This document shows positions 30,401 to 44,619 of a stretch of DNA of 64,000 nt, piece by piece. The notes below the pieces were generated by a model. It was given only the letters and a program-made list of their open reading frames with translations, was not told the origin of the DNA and made no database searches. This stretch comes from the human T2T-CHM13v2.0 reference genome, Homo sapiens: NCBI RefSeq assembly GCF_009914755.1, contig NC_060926.1; one strand, 5' to 3'. How positions within the stretch are numbered: position 1 is the first letter of the stretch; every line of letters starts with the position of its first letter. The position numbers and the translations under genes were made by a program.

Positions 30401-33400
30401 GTTTACTTAAGGATAACTCTAAGAAACAGAGTTTTTTCAGTCTTATTAAACCTCAAGACTCCCCCTATCCCTCTTCCAGCATTTTATCCAGCACATGGAA
30501 ACAGGCACATGGTCTTGGTTCAGTTCCTCTTGCTTTGAAATGTATGAAGTCATAGCCAGAAAATATAACCAAATCCTATTCATAATGACTCTTTCCAAAT
30601 GTTCTTCCATTTTCTACTAAAAAACTACTTTGTTGACGCAATTACTATCATCATTAACCTAAGATAACATAATCATACTGACATGCATTTCCACAAATTG
30701 TTTTTTTCCAGATGGTATATTTTCCAGTAGAAATGGCTTTGTATATTGCCTGCTGTTAGTGAATATCTCATACCATATTGTGTCTTCTGGAAAGAATTTT
30801 CACCAGGGAAACCAATATTGTGTTTCTATTTTTTTTCAAAAATCAGAGAGCAACAGAAGTTTTAAATGAAGCTTTCATGCATAATTTGCATATATACAAT
30901 GTTCATATATAATTTTCATATATTTATTATATATACATATGAAAAGCATTCCATATTCATTAGCAAATGAGGAGAACTTTGGAAGCAACAATCATTCCCT
31001 AATCACAACAGCATGAGAAGGTCACTGTCGACATGAGATATATTAGGACTAACACTTCCTTTTCTCTCTGTTATAAATGTGTTTTCTTAGATGATGAAAT
31101 GAAGTTACAGGAGAGAATGCCAAAAAATAAAACCAGAATTGTTATATCTCCCCCTGGAATAACAATCTGATTGTAAATTGTAACATCTTCTTTCAAAGTT
31201 GGGAAACCAAAGATAAAATAATAAAGCAAAGATAATACAAAAGAACATAAGTGCACTCTCAGGATGATTTTCACAAAAATACTGATATTAAACAGACGTA
31301 ATGGGTCCTGAGTTTTAAAAACTGAACAATAATTATAATACAATGACCTACATTTTTACTGATGTTCTGAAAATTAGTGTTATACCATTTATTAAAGTCA
31401 ATGGTACATTTGATTAAATGGTAGTGCATGAAATAACACATTTGTAATAATGAAAGGGCTCGGGAAACCATCAAAGATCCAATTGTCTCATTTGACTATG
31501 CTCAGTATCGTTTCAGTACTTTATTTTGTTTTTATATGTTCCAATTATTTGAAGAGTGTCCCTAGACAGGGTGTATGTTATCTCTGTAACCCTGGAGTTA
31601 TTGATTCATGATGGCTTCTGTATTTCCAGTCTTAAAGTCGCTGGATAAGAAATTAACATGTTAGGAAAAAATAAAAAGAATAATGTGTCTAAGACACTCA
31701 CACTCCCAGTAATTTAGAGATCATCTCTTGTTTTATCATAGAAGGTGCCCCCCATGCAAAGAATTGGGAGGAGTGTCTTGAGTCTCAGTCTAGCTTTGTG
31801 TAAAATAGGAGAAGTCAATCTCTCTGGGTCTCAATATTGATATCTGAAAAATGTTTTAATAACACCTGCTGTTTAAATAAATAATACGTTAAAATGCCCA
31901 GTCATAACCTGACTTGTTAGTTCTTCTCTTCCTTATTGGAGGAAAGAAATCCTTGAAGCGGGCTCCCAACTGTAACTTATTTTACCAATAAGAAAGGTGC
32001 TGGCCTGACAACAGTGGCTTAGAAGAGAGACTGCAGAAACATTTTTATGACTTACCTGAGCTAAGCGTGCCTTGCGCCAGCCACCAGCCAAGGGCCTTCA
32101 CTCACCTGAAAGGCTGGAAAAGATGTCAAACTAAGGATTCAGCCAGCCTCAATAGGGTGGTGACATTTAGCAAAAGGATTAACATCTCTACACTTAATTG
32201 TCTCCAACTATAAAATAAGGATAACGATAGTTCTCTCTGTATATGGTTTTTGTGAAGTATAAAATTAGGGAATGACAGTAAAAAGCTGAAAGTGTGATAC
32301 ATGGTAAGTACTCAATAAATGCTCACTTCTCTTTTTATCTCATTCAAATCTTACATGACTTAGGCTCAGCATTTAGATTGTGACGTGCACAGAGGAAAAG
32401 AAGGACTGAAATGTATTTTCTGATTCGACACTGGGTGCCCAGGAAGGCATCAGAAAGAATCGTTGGAATGGTCCATGGGAAATTTCACATTTTGACTTCC
32501 TGGGAAGGGGCTCTGATGGGAATGAGCCACCCTGGGGTATATCTTGCAGCACAAGCGCTGGGGGTGAAACATTCTTTGTGGCTGGCTCACCAACAGCTGG
32601 CCAGGGAGGAGGCACTATGTCCTCTAAATTCGAGCTGAACCTCAATCTGCTGGAAAAGTTTGAGGCCCAACCTAGAAGTCCAAAATGCCATGTGAAAAAA
32701 GCTAATCAGGGTGGGAGCAGCTCTGGGATGTCTGTGGGACATGTAAGCACATCACATGCTTTCGGATCAAGTGCCCTGAGCTCAGACTTAGCTCTGTTTC
32801 TGAGTCATGGTGGGCTTCCATCAACTTCCTAAGGCTTTTGCAACATCAACCCTTTACCCATAATGAGTGAATGATAATTCCTACTGTCATAAGGTTCTGT
32901 CATCTTAAATGAGATGATGTATTTAGGGTGTCACTACCTTGTATATATGCTCAAAACTATTAGCTCTTATTATTTTGATTCCCTCGTAACTCTCTTCTCT
33001 CTTTAATCCTCATCCCCAGCCCCTACCCATGCGGGAGCCTAATGGACCAGCTAGTACATAGTGTTGAGCCTGAATGAAATGACTTGTTATTCACCATCTT
33101 GTGTCTAATTTTCTCTCCAAGAACAGGGGGACCTACAGAAGTATTTTCTTGATTTCTTTTTCTAGTATATTCTGAGTTTATAAAGAAAGCCTGGAACATA
33201 TTACTCCAAATCCCATGTCCTAAATGCTTAAATAACTCCTGAAATAGTCTCCATTGGATACTCGATATATTACGGTGTCAGTTGGATTTGCCTAGAAACA
33301 GAGAGACAAATTTTAGCACTACCAAAATTATTAGGTTGAAAGGAATTGCAGAACTCATTATTTTTTCAGAGAAAAGGAGAAATAAAAAGTTTTCCACGTC

Positions 33401-34435
33401 CTCTGACAGGAGCCCATTTTGGCAAAAAAAAAAAAAAAAGGCAATTTAAAAAGAGGAATCTTTAATCATAATGTAACAAAGTTTGACCTTTAGAAAAAGA
33501 AATTAAATAATCGGTCTGGAAAATAATTTTTAGTAATAAATTCTCCCAGCTGCACAGAAGTTCTTTGGTTGCGGGCCAATTGAATGCTGGTATGGGCTTA
33601 TCTTAAACAAAGTGGCATTGAAGTAGCTTTTTAAATGCTGGCAAAAGATGCTCCTCCACAGTGAGGCAGAGGAATAGGATTCCTCAGTGTGTTGCAGAGG
33701 GAGACGTAAACACATGACCTGGGTCTGCAAACGCAGCAATGCACCACAGTCCTGGCATTATTGGCAAATCCCAGATTCTGGCTTTCAAAGCCTTCTCCTC
33801 TTTGTGATGTGGAGATTTTAGCTGGATCATCACGCTGAGATGCCTAAAAAACACCAATTCCCAAAGGAAACAAGGGACACCACGAGAGGGACTGTGGCAT
33901 TGGCTTAGACCAGAGTTGGCCCCGTCTGGGAAACTTGACCTCAAAAGAGTTGGCTAATGTCATTACACAGAGAAAGGGGCCATCCTGCCGACTTGAAACC
34001 GTCTTATTTCCTTCATCCTCAAACTGCTTCCCCCTCACAACCTCATTTTCCTCAGCAGACAACCCAAGCCAGTGGTTGGCAGACACCAATGCAATAAAAG
34101 GAAGCAGCTATGATGGAGAAATGAAAGACGACAAAGGGCAAGTTCAGGGGAATTTCATCTTCTTGTAATGTGGGTGTATTTAGATCCATGCTAATTTTAT
34201 TTCACGAAATACTTTTTGAAAATTAAGTAATAATAGGCTTCAGAGAAATGGTCTGCTCTGTCCTTCATAACCCAACCACAACCCTGACTGGCCAGGAGAA
34301 ACCAAGCCCAGACACTGAGGGCTCCCCAAAGTCGAGGAGTGGGGATTTGGGAATCAAACAACCTGGAGAGAAGCCTGCGGTGCCCCTCTAAGCTGTGAGA
34401 CCTGAAGCAAGACTCAGCATTAATATCTGCCTTGT

Positions 34436-35101
34436 TGTGATGGGGTGAATTGTGTTCCCAGCCACCGGGATTCATATGATGAAGCCTCAGCCTCAGTATC
34501 TCAGAATGCGGCCTTATTTGGGAATAGTGTCATTGCAGATATAATTAGTTAAGATCAAATCCTAACCCAATATGACTGGTGTCCTTATAAAACAGGAAAA
34601 TTTGGAGACAGACAGACAGACGCAGACACAGACACTCAAACAGAGGAGAACATGATGTGAAGATGAAACCAGAGACTGGAGTGATGCGGCAGAAGCCAAA
34701 TGCAATCAAAGGCGGCCAGCATGCGCCGGAAGCTGGGACACAGGCAGGGAACAAGTTCTCCCTCACAGACTCAGAAAGAATCAACTTTGCCAGCACCTTG
34801 ATCTCAGCCTTCTGGTCCTTAGAACTGGAAGACAATACATTTCTGTTCTTTATTTTTATTTTCTTATCTTTCATATATTTATATTTTGAGATAGAGTCTT
34901 GCTGTGTTGCCCAGGCTGGAGTGCAGTGGCACAATCGCAGCTCACCGCAACCTCCGCCTCCCGGTTCAAGCGATCTTCCCACCTGTTTCTCAAGCAGCTG
35001 GGACCACAGGCATGCACCACCACGTCTGGCTAATTCATTTCTGTTTTTTAAGCCACACATTTAATGGTACTTCGGTACAGCAGCGCCAGAAAACTAATAC
35101 A
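34436..35101 (+). mobile_element. MLT1B/C LTR interrupted by an antisense Alu monomer
   Basis: tgtgatggggtgaattgtgttccc...gcagcgccagaaaactaataca. Confidence 0.8.
34848..35032 (-). mobile_element. Alu right monomer (FRAM or 5'-truncated Alu)
   Basis: Antisense right arm with a T-rich tail. TSD at(a/t)catttctgtt at 34835-34847 and 35033-35045. Confidence 0.87.
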
Positions 35102-35244
35102 CTTACATACTCGCAGGATTTGTTCATGTTCAACACTTTACTGACTAAACAAGCATTTACGAGTCCCTCTTAAGTGTCAGCCACCGGGATGGGTTCTGTG
35201 AAGGAGGGAGGATCAGGCTGTGGTTCTCACCCTCTTGGGCTATG

Positions 35245-35515
35245 CAGCTCAATACAATAGCCGCTAGTCATATGTGGCTCCAGAGCATTTGTGCTCTACA
35301 GTATAAAATATATCCTCAATTTCACACAATACAACAAGAATAAAATATCACATAAATAAATTGTATATTGATCATGTGTTGAATGGCAACTTTTTTAACA
35401 TATTGGGTTAAAGTCTGCTATTGAGATGAACTTCATCTATTTCTTTTTACGTTTTTAATCAGGCTGCTAGAAATTACACACGTGGTTGGCAACATAGAGA
35501 TATTGGACAGCATTG
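35245..35515. mobile_element. MER33-like hAT-Charlie element
   Basis: atagccgctagtcatatgtggct...atattggacagcattg. Confidence 0.65.
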
Positions 35516-35749
35516 CCCTGGGAGCTCTCGGACTAGGAATGAGAGCTTTACATGAAGGTGGTGGTGGGCGTGTCTTCACGTGACCGGAAGGAAGAGCTGA
35601 ATAAGCAAAAGTGGGTTCATTATGTGATCTAGGAGCAGGGCATGTCAAGATGAGTCCAGCCCTTTGGAGAAATTGAAAAGTGCTCCTCTGGTGATCTGAC
35701 AGGTGTCCATTGAGGAGTAAAAGAAGAAAATGAAAACCCTAACACAGGC

Positions 35750-35935
35750 GGCATTGACTGAACACTCAAAAGGCAGCAAGCCCTAGACTAAATGCTTCAT
35801 ATATATTCACTCCTTTAATTCTCATTGCAGCTCTGTGATTTAGGCATCATTTTCCCCATTTTACAGATGAGAAAACTGAGGCCCAAGTTGTTAAGTTCTT
35901 TGCCCAGAGCAACGTAGGCCCAGGGTTTGAACCTG
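35750..35935 (-). mobile_element. MIR SINE
   Basis: ccccattttacagatgagaaaactgaggccc. Confidence 0.75.
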
Positions 35936-35982
35936 AACCTGGAATTTCAGGTGAGAGGCAGCTCATGCATATTTTTTTATAA

Positions 35983-36104
35983 GCAGGTTGCAGTGGTTCA
36001 CGCCTGTAATCCCAGCACTTCAGAAGGCCAAGGTGGGAGGATCACATGAGCTCAGCAGTACGAGACCAACCTGCACAACATAGTGAGACCCTATCTCAAA
36101 AAAA
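35983..36104 (+). mobile_element. FLAM (free left Alu monomer)
   Basis: Left monomer ending aacatagtgagaccctatctcaaaaaaa. Confidence 0.82.
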
Positions 36105-36220
36105 TTATTTATTATAATAAAATATAAAATTAGGGAAGGGAAGCAAGCAGGGAGGGAGGTAAAATGTTAATTAGTTTCTCTTGCAGACAAGAAGAAGGCC
36201 AGGAAGGATTATTACTATAA

Positions 36221-36500
<280 letters not shown>

Positions 36501-38938
36501 TGAAGGGTTTTAAGCGAAAGTCTGAGGTAATCAAATTCGGGTTTTAGAACAACAGGATCTCTGGAGGCTGAGAAGAATGGTGGGGCTAGAGGCTGTGTGT
36601 TCAGATTCCTTGCCCAGAAATATTAGAATAAACCAGACAGATCCCTGTTACTATGGACTTTGAAGGATATAGAGCCCTCAAGAGGCATTTTCCAGAGAAA
36701 AGACAAATGTCACACATCTAGAAGATCTGAGGGCACAGAGCTGGTTCCGCTGAAACTAAATTGTGGGTAATGCTGGGCCCCTTCCTTTCTTCTTCAGGAG
36801 TTCTGTTGTTTGGCATCAGTCCATCCCTGCCACGACACTTCCAGGGCTGGGAAAGCGTGGTCAATGGAAGGGCTGAGACAGAAGAAATCAATGAGACATC
36901 TGCCCAGGATCCCACCTTGGGAAATGAGTGTGACGCCAGGTTTTACCTTCAGGTTTCAGGGCTTTCTGGCATGGACTTTGGAAAGCTCATCCCTGGGTTT
37001 CCCCAGAATGGATTTTATCTCATTTTCTGAGGTGCCTGATGTGTGTGTTGTGCCACACTTTCCCTCAAGAGTAGCAGAGAAGAAATATCACTAAGGAAAC
37101 AATGATTTTGGTTATTTAAAACAGCAATTTTCATACAATAGCATTAAGGATGTGATGGACCAAAGTTTTCAATTGTTTTGATTCTGAGGGTTAGAAGGAA
37201 GACAACAACCACTGCAGTGAGATTAGATGGCTTTTCTCCAGAAGATGACCTTCGAGTCATCAATGGCTCCGTAGAGGTCCTTGGGTCTCCCTCTGTGAGT
37301 TCTTTTGTTTGTGAAGCATGTGTCTAGTGAAGTACCCAGCCTTTGGTGTGTTATGCATCTGAGCTTCAGTCCTGATCCTGTCTCTGACTGGCAGTACAAA
37401 CTTTGGCAAATGTCTTAACTTCTTTCAGGCGAGATGCCTCACTCTCATAAACCTTAATACAGTGCCTGGCCCAGCGTGTTGTATGTGTTCAAAGTGTGAA
37501 GTCCCACCTTTTTCCCATCTCCTTAAGCACAGACCATGTGGGTTAATGATAGGCAATAACAGAAGAAGAAAAAAGATCAACTTGTAATCACTTTTAGGAA
37601 AAAAATGATATAAGTATTAACCAAAAACTCCTGAAAAAAAATACCCTAAGTACCAATATATGGGTCAAACTCATGCCTGCTATTTCTAAGGTAAAGCACA
37701 CCCTCTGGAGAGATAATTACACAAAGGCACTTCTCTTGACTGATGGGTTGCAAAAAGGTTCCTCTTCCTCTGGCCTGATGCCACCTCACCCCAATTTCCA
37801 AGGCACAGGCTCTGCTAGAGGAGCCTGAGGTGGTTTCCAACAGCCACTTGGCTATGTTCACTGTGGCCCTTTGGTCAGGGCATAATCTGCATGCATTCAT
37901 CCTCAGAATCTCACACATTATTCGGATGGAGCTAACATATAGTAAATTGGCAGTGGAGCAATGCAATCAGAATAGCAGACCCGAAAAATCACAAAATACT
38001 GAACTTTAAATACAAACCAGACCACTACAAATAATTGTCATAATTGTTTTACTATATGACTTGATAAGTTATTGAGCTTCTTAAGGTGATCTACAATAAT
38101 TCTTGGTGTTGATAATTTAAGAAAAAGAAGAAAAAAAGCGACTAGTAGCAAAGCGAAGACTGTATTACAGGTTGGTGATCAGAAAAATAATTTCAACTGT
38201 TTCAACAGCTGTTTTTATGAGAAAAAAGAATACTTCAGTCATTTTTAGTTTTTGTTTTTTGGCTAATTGAACCAAACATTTATACAAACTAAAAGGGAAG
38301 ATGTATATAAATTATGGATATTTTAAAAGAAGAGGGCTTATATTACTTTCAAGACTCCAAATCCTAGAATTACATTAACCATCTGTTGCTCCATTGAGAA
38401 CCCATTTTAATAAATAAAGAAGAATGGCTTGAAACTAGCACATCAAAGCCACAATTTCAGTCATGCCAACTTCCACTTATGCTGAAATTACACTATATCT
38501 AGTAAATTGTTATTTTAATATGTGAAAGCAGTGTTTTCCCAAGTAGGCAGTACTTCCAATAGCAGTGTTATTCATCCTATTTATTTGCTTATTAAAATAA
38601 GCATAAAATTTAAATTTTCAAGGCTAAAACCACAAATTCGTAATTAGTTTTATCTAAATTAACAAGGTTTTACTTTCAGTACTAAATTCTAGGAAACTCT
38701 ACTGCAATTAAAATGGGAAAGGCAAAAAGATAATTTGGCAGAAGGCTGATTAAAGGTCCAATTCCATCTCAAACCCCCCATTTAAGATGTTTCTATACTG
38801 ATAATACCATCTATGTGAAGATAATCTAATTATGAACATAATGAAATTTGTTAGATTTTGTTTTCTGTGCAAAATTGGAATCAGAACCACTCCATTCAGA
38901 CCCATAATGAGCTTTAGTCTTTGTTGATCCCAAATTTA

Positions 38939-39269
<331 letters not shown>

Positions 39270-39280
39270 GACTATGGATG

Positions 39281-40140
39281 GATACAATGCATTGTTATCA
39301 ACTGTAGTTAGCATGTTGTACAATGTTCTTTTGAACTTATTCCTCCTATTTACCCGAAATTTTGTATCTTTTGACCAACATCTCCTCAACTCCCAAATCC
39401 CCAGCCCGTAGTAATCACAATTTTTCTCTCTGCTTCTGTGAGTTTGACATTTTAAGATTCTACACATATGTGAGATCATGCAGTATTTGTCTTTCTGTGT
39501 CTGGTTTTCTTTACTTCCTGTCCTCTAGGTTAATCCATGTTGTGGCAAATGACACCATTTCCTTATTGTTTAAGGTTGAATGGTATCCCCTGTGAATATG
39601 CACCCCCTTTTCTTTATCCATTCATCCTTTGGTAGACACTTTGTTCTCACATCTTGGCTATTGTGATTAGTGTTGCAATAAACATGGGAGCGCAGATATC
39701 TCCTTGACACGTTGATTTCCTTTCCTTTGTATATATATCCAACAGTGGAATTGCTGGATCATATGGTAGTTCCACTTTTAATATTTTGAGGAACTTCCAT
39801 ACTGTTTTTCATAATGGCTGTGCTAATTTACATTCCCACCAAAAGTGTGCAAGGGTTTTCTTTTCTCCACATCCTTGCCAGCACTTGTTATCTTTTGACT
39901 CTTTGATGATAGCCATCCCAACATGTGTGAGATGATATCTTATTGTGTTTTTAATTTCCCGAAAATTGCTGAGAGTAGATTTTAAGTGTTGTCTCCAGAA
40001 GAGATTACACGTATGTGAGAGAATGTATACATTAATTAGCTTAGTCATTCCACAATGTATACATACTTCAAAACATAATTTTGTACACTATAAATATACA
40101 CAATTTTTATTTGTCCATTGAAATAAATTAATTTTAAACA
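39281..40140. mobile_element. L1MA(8/9-like) 3' end with 5' inversion (39281-39957 minus; 39961-40140 plus)
   Basis: The minus segment carries the ORF2 end and proximal 3'UTR. The plus segment carries the contiguous distal 3'UTR gaaaattgctgagagtagatttt...aataaa. Confidence 0.8.
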
Positions 40141-40403
40141 ATTAGTGACCTTGGATGCAGCCAACTCTTGGCTCTTCCTTGAAAGTGGGTATTTCCTTAA
40201 GTGTTTCTCTTAAGCTTTGCTTCCAGAGGATAAAGAAGGTCTAGAATAGCAACCAAGGCCATGTAATGACAGGCCTTTTATCAAGCAGATCTCAAATAGT
40301 ATCATGTTTTATTTCACAAACCTCAGAATGTTTTTGAATAACCCAATTTTAATATGAATGCTTAAAGAGATGAATACATCCTCATTAAAAAAATATATTA
40401 TCA

Positions 40404-40740
40404 GGGAGGCTGAGATGGCCAAATTTCTTGAGCTCAGGAGTTTGAGGCCGGCCTAGACAACATGGTGAAAGCCCATCTCTACAAAAAATTAAAAAAATTA
40501 ACTAGGCATGGTGGCAGGCACCTGTAGTCCAAGCTACTCAGAAGGCTGAAGTAGGAGGATCGCTTGAGCCCAGGAGTTTAAGGCTAGAGTGAGCCGTGGT
40601 CAAGCCACTGCACTCTAGCTTGGGTGACAGAGTGAGACCGTATATATAAAAAAAAGTGTGTATATATATATATATATATGTGTGTGTGTATACATATGTG
40701 TATATTATATATAATATATGTGTCTGTATGTGTGTGTATT
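40404..40740 (+). mobile_element. 5'-truncated AluJ with adjacent (TA)n/(TG)n microsatellite
   Basis: Starts at gggaggctgag, ends gtgagacc at ~40640, followed by TA/TG repeats. Confidence 0.85.
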
Positions 40741-41433
40741 TTTCAAAAGGTATAGACATAAAAGTATTGGTAATTATTGGTAATTCATTTACTAGCACAT
40801 TCCAAAAAAAACACTTTCGCCATAAAATTGTCTTAGATTCAACAAAAAGGGTTTATTAGTATATGTCCAAAATAAGGTGGTTCAGATTTTTCTGCTTCTT
40901 AGCAATTCACTTTTACCCATCCAGATGTTTTTCTTTCTGAGCTTGGGTTTCAGCATCATACATAGTTTTCTTCTAGTGACTAGTATCAGTTGATGCCACT
41001 TCAGAAGGAGCAGCACAAGTTCTCAAGCTGGACAATGTATCCCATAAAATTATTCCAAGAGCCAAATCTTGGCATCTCACAGGAAGATTTCTTGAAGATC
41101 AATAAGAATCTGGGAGTTACCTCTGACAATTATGGGAATCTTTACCTTCACTATAGGTTAAGGTGTATCTGGGAGATGGAAAGATACTTAAGAAATTACT
41201 TAAGTAGGCTATGAAGAAGCAAGTTGTCATCAAGTCCTACCTGACTGAAAAGAAAAAAAAATAAATCCGTAAAGGGAATTTAGGATAATCTGCAGTGTTC
41301 CACAATCTGGTCTAATTTTGTGTCAATGGATCATGAACCAAAAATGTGTTCTCTGGAATTCAGAGCACATATACTCTTCCCTTCTAAAATGTGAGAAAGT
41401 CTGAAAAGTGTCATGTAAATAAACACCTAAGGC

Positions 41434-42340
41434 AGAAAAAAAGAGAAACAACCCCATCAAAAAGTGGGCAAAGGATATGAACAGACACTTCTCAAAACAA
41501 AACATTTATGCAGCCAAAAGACACATGAAAAAATGCTCATCATCACTGGCCATCAGAGAAATGCAAATCAAAACCACAATGAGATACCATCTCACACCAG
41601 TTAGAATGGCAATCATTAAAAAGTCAGGAAACAACAGGTGCTGGAGAGGATGTGGAGAAATAGGAACACTTTTACACTGTTGGTGGGACTGTAAACTAAT
41701 TCAACCATTGTGGAAGGCAGTGTGGCGATTCCTCAGGGATCTAGAACTAGAAATACCATTTGATCCAGCAATCCCATTACTGGGTATATACCCAAAGGAA
41801 TATAAATCATGTTGCTATAAAGACACATGCACATGTATGTTTATTGCGGCACTATTTACAATAGCAAAGACTTGGAACCAATCCAAATATCCAACAATGA
41901 TAGACTGGATTAAGAAAATGTGGCACATATACACCATGGAATACTATGCAGCCATAAAAAATGATGAGTTCATGTCCTTTGTAGGGACATGGATGAAGCT
42001 GGAAACCATCATTCTCAGCAAACTATCGCAAGGACAGAAAACCAAACACCACATGTTCTCACTCATAGGTGGGAATTGAACAATGAGAACACTTGGACAC
42101 AGGAAGGGGAACATCACACACCGGGGCCTGTTGTGGGGTGGGGGGAGGGGGGAGGGATAGCATTAGGAGATATACCTAATATAAATGACGAGTTAATGGG
42201 TGCAGCACACCAACATGGCACATGTACACATATGTAACTAACCTTCACATTGTGCACATGTACCCTAAAACTTAAAGTATAATTAAAAAAAAAAGAAAGA
42301 AGGAAAGAGGAAGGAAGGATGAAAGAAGAAAAAGAGAAAT
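41434..42340 (+). mobile_element. 5'-truncated young L1PA (PA3-5-like) with an open ORF2 C-terminal 200 codons
   Basis: ORF 41477..42079 (MNRHFSK...[18 protein letters not shown]...HMFSLIGGN*) is the L1 ORF2p C-terminus. G-rich 3'UTR, poly(A), TSD-like agaaaaa(aa)gagaaa. Confidence 0.95.
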
Positions 42341-43379
42341 GAGAAAAAGTAGGAGAGAGTGCATAAGTAAAACAATGTTTTCTAAAGTATAAATTTGGGG
42401 AAAACCCAGCTGAATTCATATGCTTTATACTGTCAGGAAGTAAAAACACCCTCTCCCAACATTCTCTCTCTTCTCTTTCAGCATCAGAAATGAACAGGAG
42501 CAGACGCATGAGAGGAGTGCTTTAATCTGCTAAATGCAGGTGTCTTAAAATGCAGCATCTGTCTGCTTCCTTGGGATAATGTTCATTTCATTTCAATCAT
42601 GTGGCATTGAGTATCTAACATTGTTTTTCTATGTATAAGCAGCCATAATTTCCTTTTGGAATTAGGTAAGGGCCAATGTTTTTCTTCAATAAAAAGCCAT
42701 TTGCTCACCTTTGGAGAACTGAGCAAGGAAGTCACTAGGATACCTTTCAGGGTTTCAAGACTCTGTCCTAGAACTTGCAAATCGATGAAACACATGGTGA
42801 TTTTCCTTCCATCTGTCTATCCCTCCATCCATCCTGCCAGCCAGGTAACAGAAACTAAATGAGTTCCTCCCACGTGCCTGGTCCTGCCATAGGAGCTGGC
42901 AATAAACATGAACAAAAGAGATAAAATCCTCATCTCAAAAACGTTGACACCGAAGAGGTTTAAACAGACATTTACATAATTATACAAATAAATATGTAAT
43001 TAAAAACTGCAATGAACGACATGAAGGAAAATGACAAGAGGGCATAGAATCCTGTAACAGAAGGACTTGATTGAGAATTTTAACATGTCCTCAGAGAAAC
43101 AAAACAAACAAAACAGACATCTTGATTTTGTAGAAGTAGAAAAATGTGTCGATTTTGCCTATAGCCATTAAAATACTTAAGCAAAACTTCATATTATGTT
43201 ATCTGGGCTCAAAAAAAATTCTTGGGACTTTGCTTTTAATACTGTTGGTGTCAAAAATACTTCAAAAATGAACAGCAAATAATGCTTATTTTTAATGGTT
43301 TAGTGTGCTACTTTAAAATAAGCTAGAAGGTTTTAAGAGGAATAGAAATGAAAAATCCAAAGGAGGTAGATCTTGTCTT

Positions 43380-43580
43380 GACAGAGCCACAGCCCTGGAC
43401 CAGAAGTCAGAGGCTTCTAGTCTCATCAATCATGCCCTAGCTGTGCTACCATGGCCAAGTGATGTAACCTCTCTCAGGATGAGTTTCCTCGTCTCTGAAA
43501 TAACTGCTATGCTCACCTATGAGGTTCTTTTCAGGAGCATCTGAGTAATGTACATGAAAGTACTTTGTGATCACTAGCAT
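43380..43580 (+). mobile_element. MIR SINE
   Basis: ggaccagaagtcagagg...ggccaagtgatgtaacctctctcaggatgagtttcctcgtctctgaaa. Confidence 0.65.
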
Positions 43581-44547
43581 AGAAAATACAGTACAGAAAG
43601 TGGGTATACAAAGCATCAAAAAATAATAATGCAAAGCTGAGTCACCCTTCAGAGAGGAATTAGGATTGGCCATCCCAAAAGACTTCATCAGCTAATTGGA
43701 AAACATCATTGTGTGTCTATCTTTAAATTGCTACCAATCATCCCAAGCAAAAACTTATGCCAATATTATCAGAGACAATTACTTAGCATGTCACACTTGG
43801 TAGTCTGAAAAAAAAAAACTAGCAAATGCTTCCTGCAATAAATAACCACATGTGCACTTAGGATTCAACTTAATTTTACTCAGTGAGGAAAAGGGCACTG
43901 TTGAAATACATGCTGGCTGTTTTTTTTTTCTTTTTCTTTGTTTCTTCTTTTTAAATGTATATTCAAGGACAACAGATAAACTGAAATTGGGAAAAGTTTG
44001 ACCTGAGAGAACTGCCATTTCAGTCAGAGGAGTTAGGTTACAATTCTCACTTGAATTCATCTCTTTATAACAGGCACCTATATTTTTACTTTGGAAGCCT
44101 TTATATTTGTTATTGATTCCATGAAGGGCATTGCTCAAAAAACATAGGCTCCATGGCCACCTGTCTTGCTTGTTTAATGGGGCCATTCTGAGATATCATA
44201 GCCTGGAGGAGACATTCTTTAACCAGTCCCATCAGAAAAAAATCACTCAGTGTTTACCTTCCAGGATTTCAGTCTAGGTTCTTCAAAGACATACACGAGA
44301 TTTTTGTAAATAGCAATCATTTGCAACATGTTCTGGAAGACCCCGCACTGAAACAAACCCACCATACTATAGAACTATTTCAACTATTGCCACTTCACCA
44401 TCTCAGGGGCATGCAAAAATTAAAAACAAATTGAGCATTTAGAAAATAAAACAAGATTTTTAAACGCAATCCAGGAATAGGTTATTTATGACCCAGTTTA
44501 AATATATTTTTTGATAGAACTATTTGATCTAATTTGTTCTTCATGTT

Positions 44548-44619
44548 TTTATTACTTGAAAAAGGACAGACACAAAGTATGAAACTCCTCAGCTTTATTA
44601 ATGCAAACATATTTTTATT
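44548..44619 (-). terminator. PID1: PID1 polyadenylation signal cluster
   Basis: Minus-strand AATAAA at 44614-44619, 44594-44599 and 44548-44553. A GU/U-rich element (ctttgtgtctgtccttttt) follows the 44594 signal, suggesting cleavage at ~44575-44582. Confidence 0.75.
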
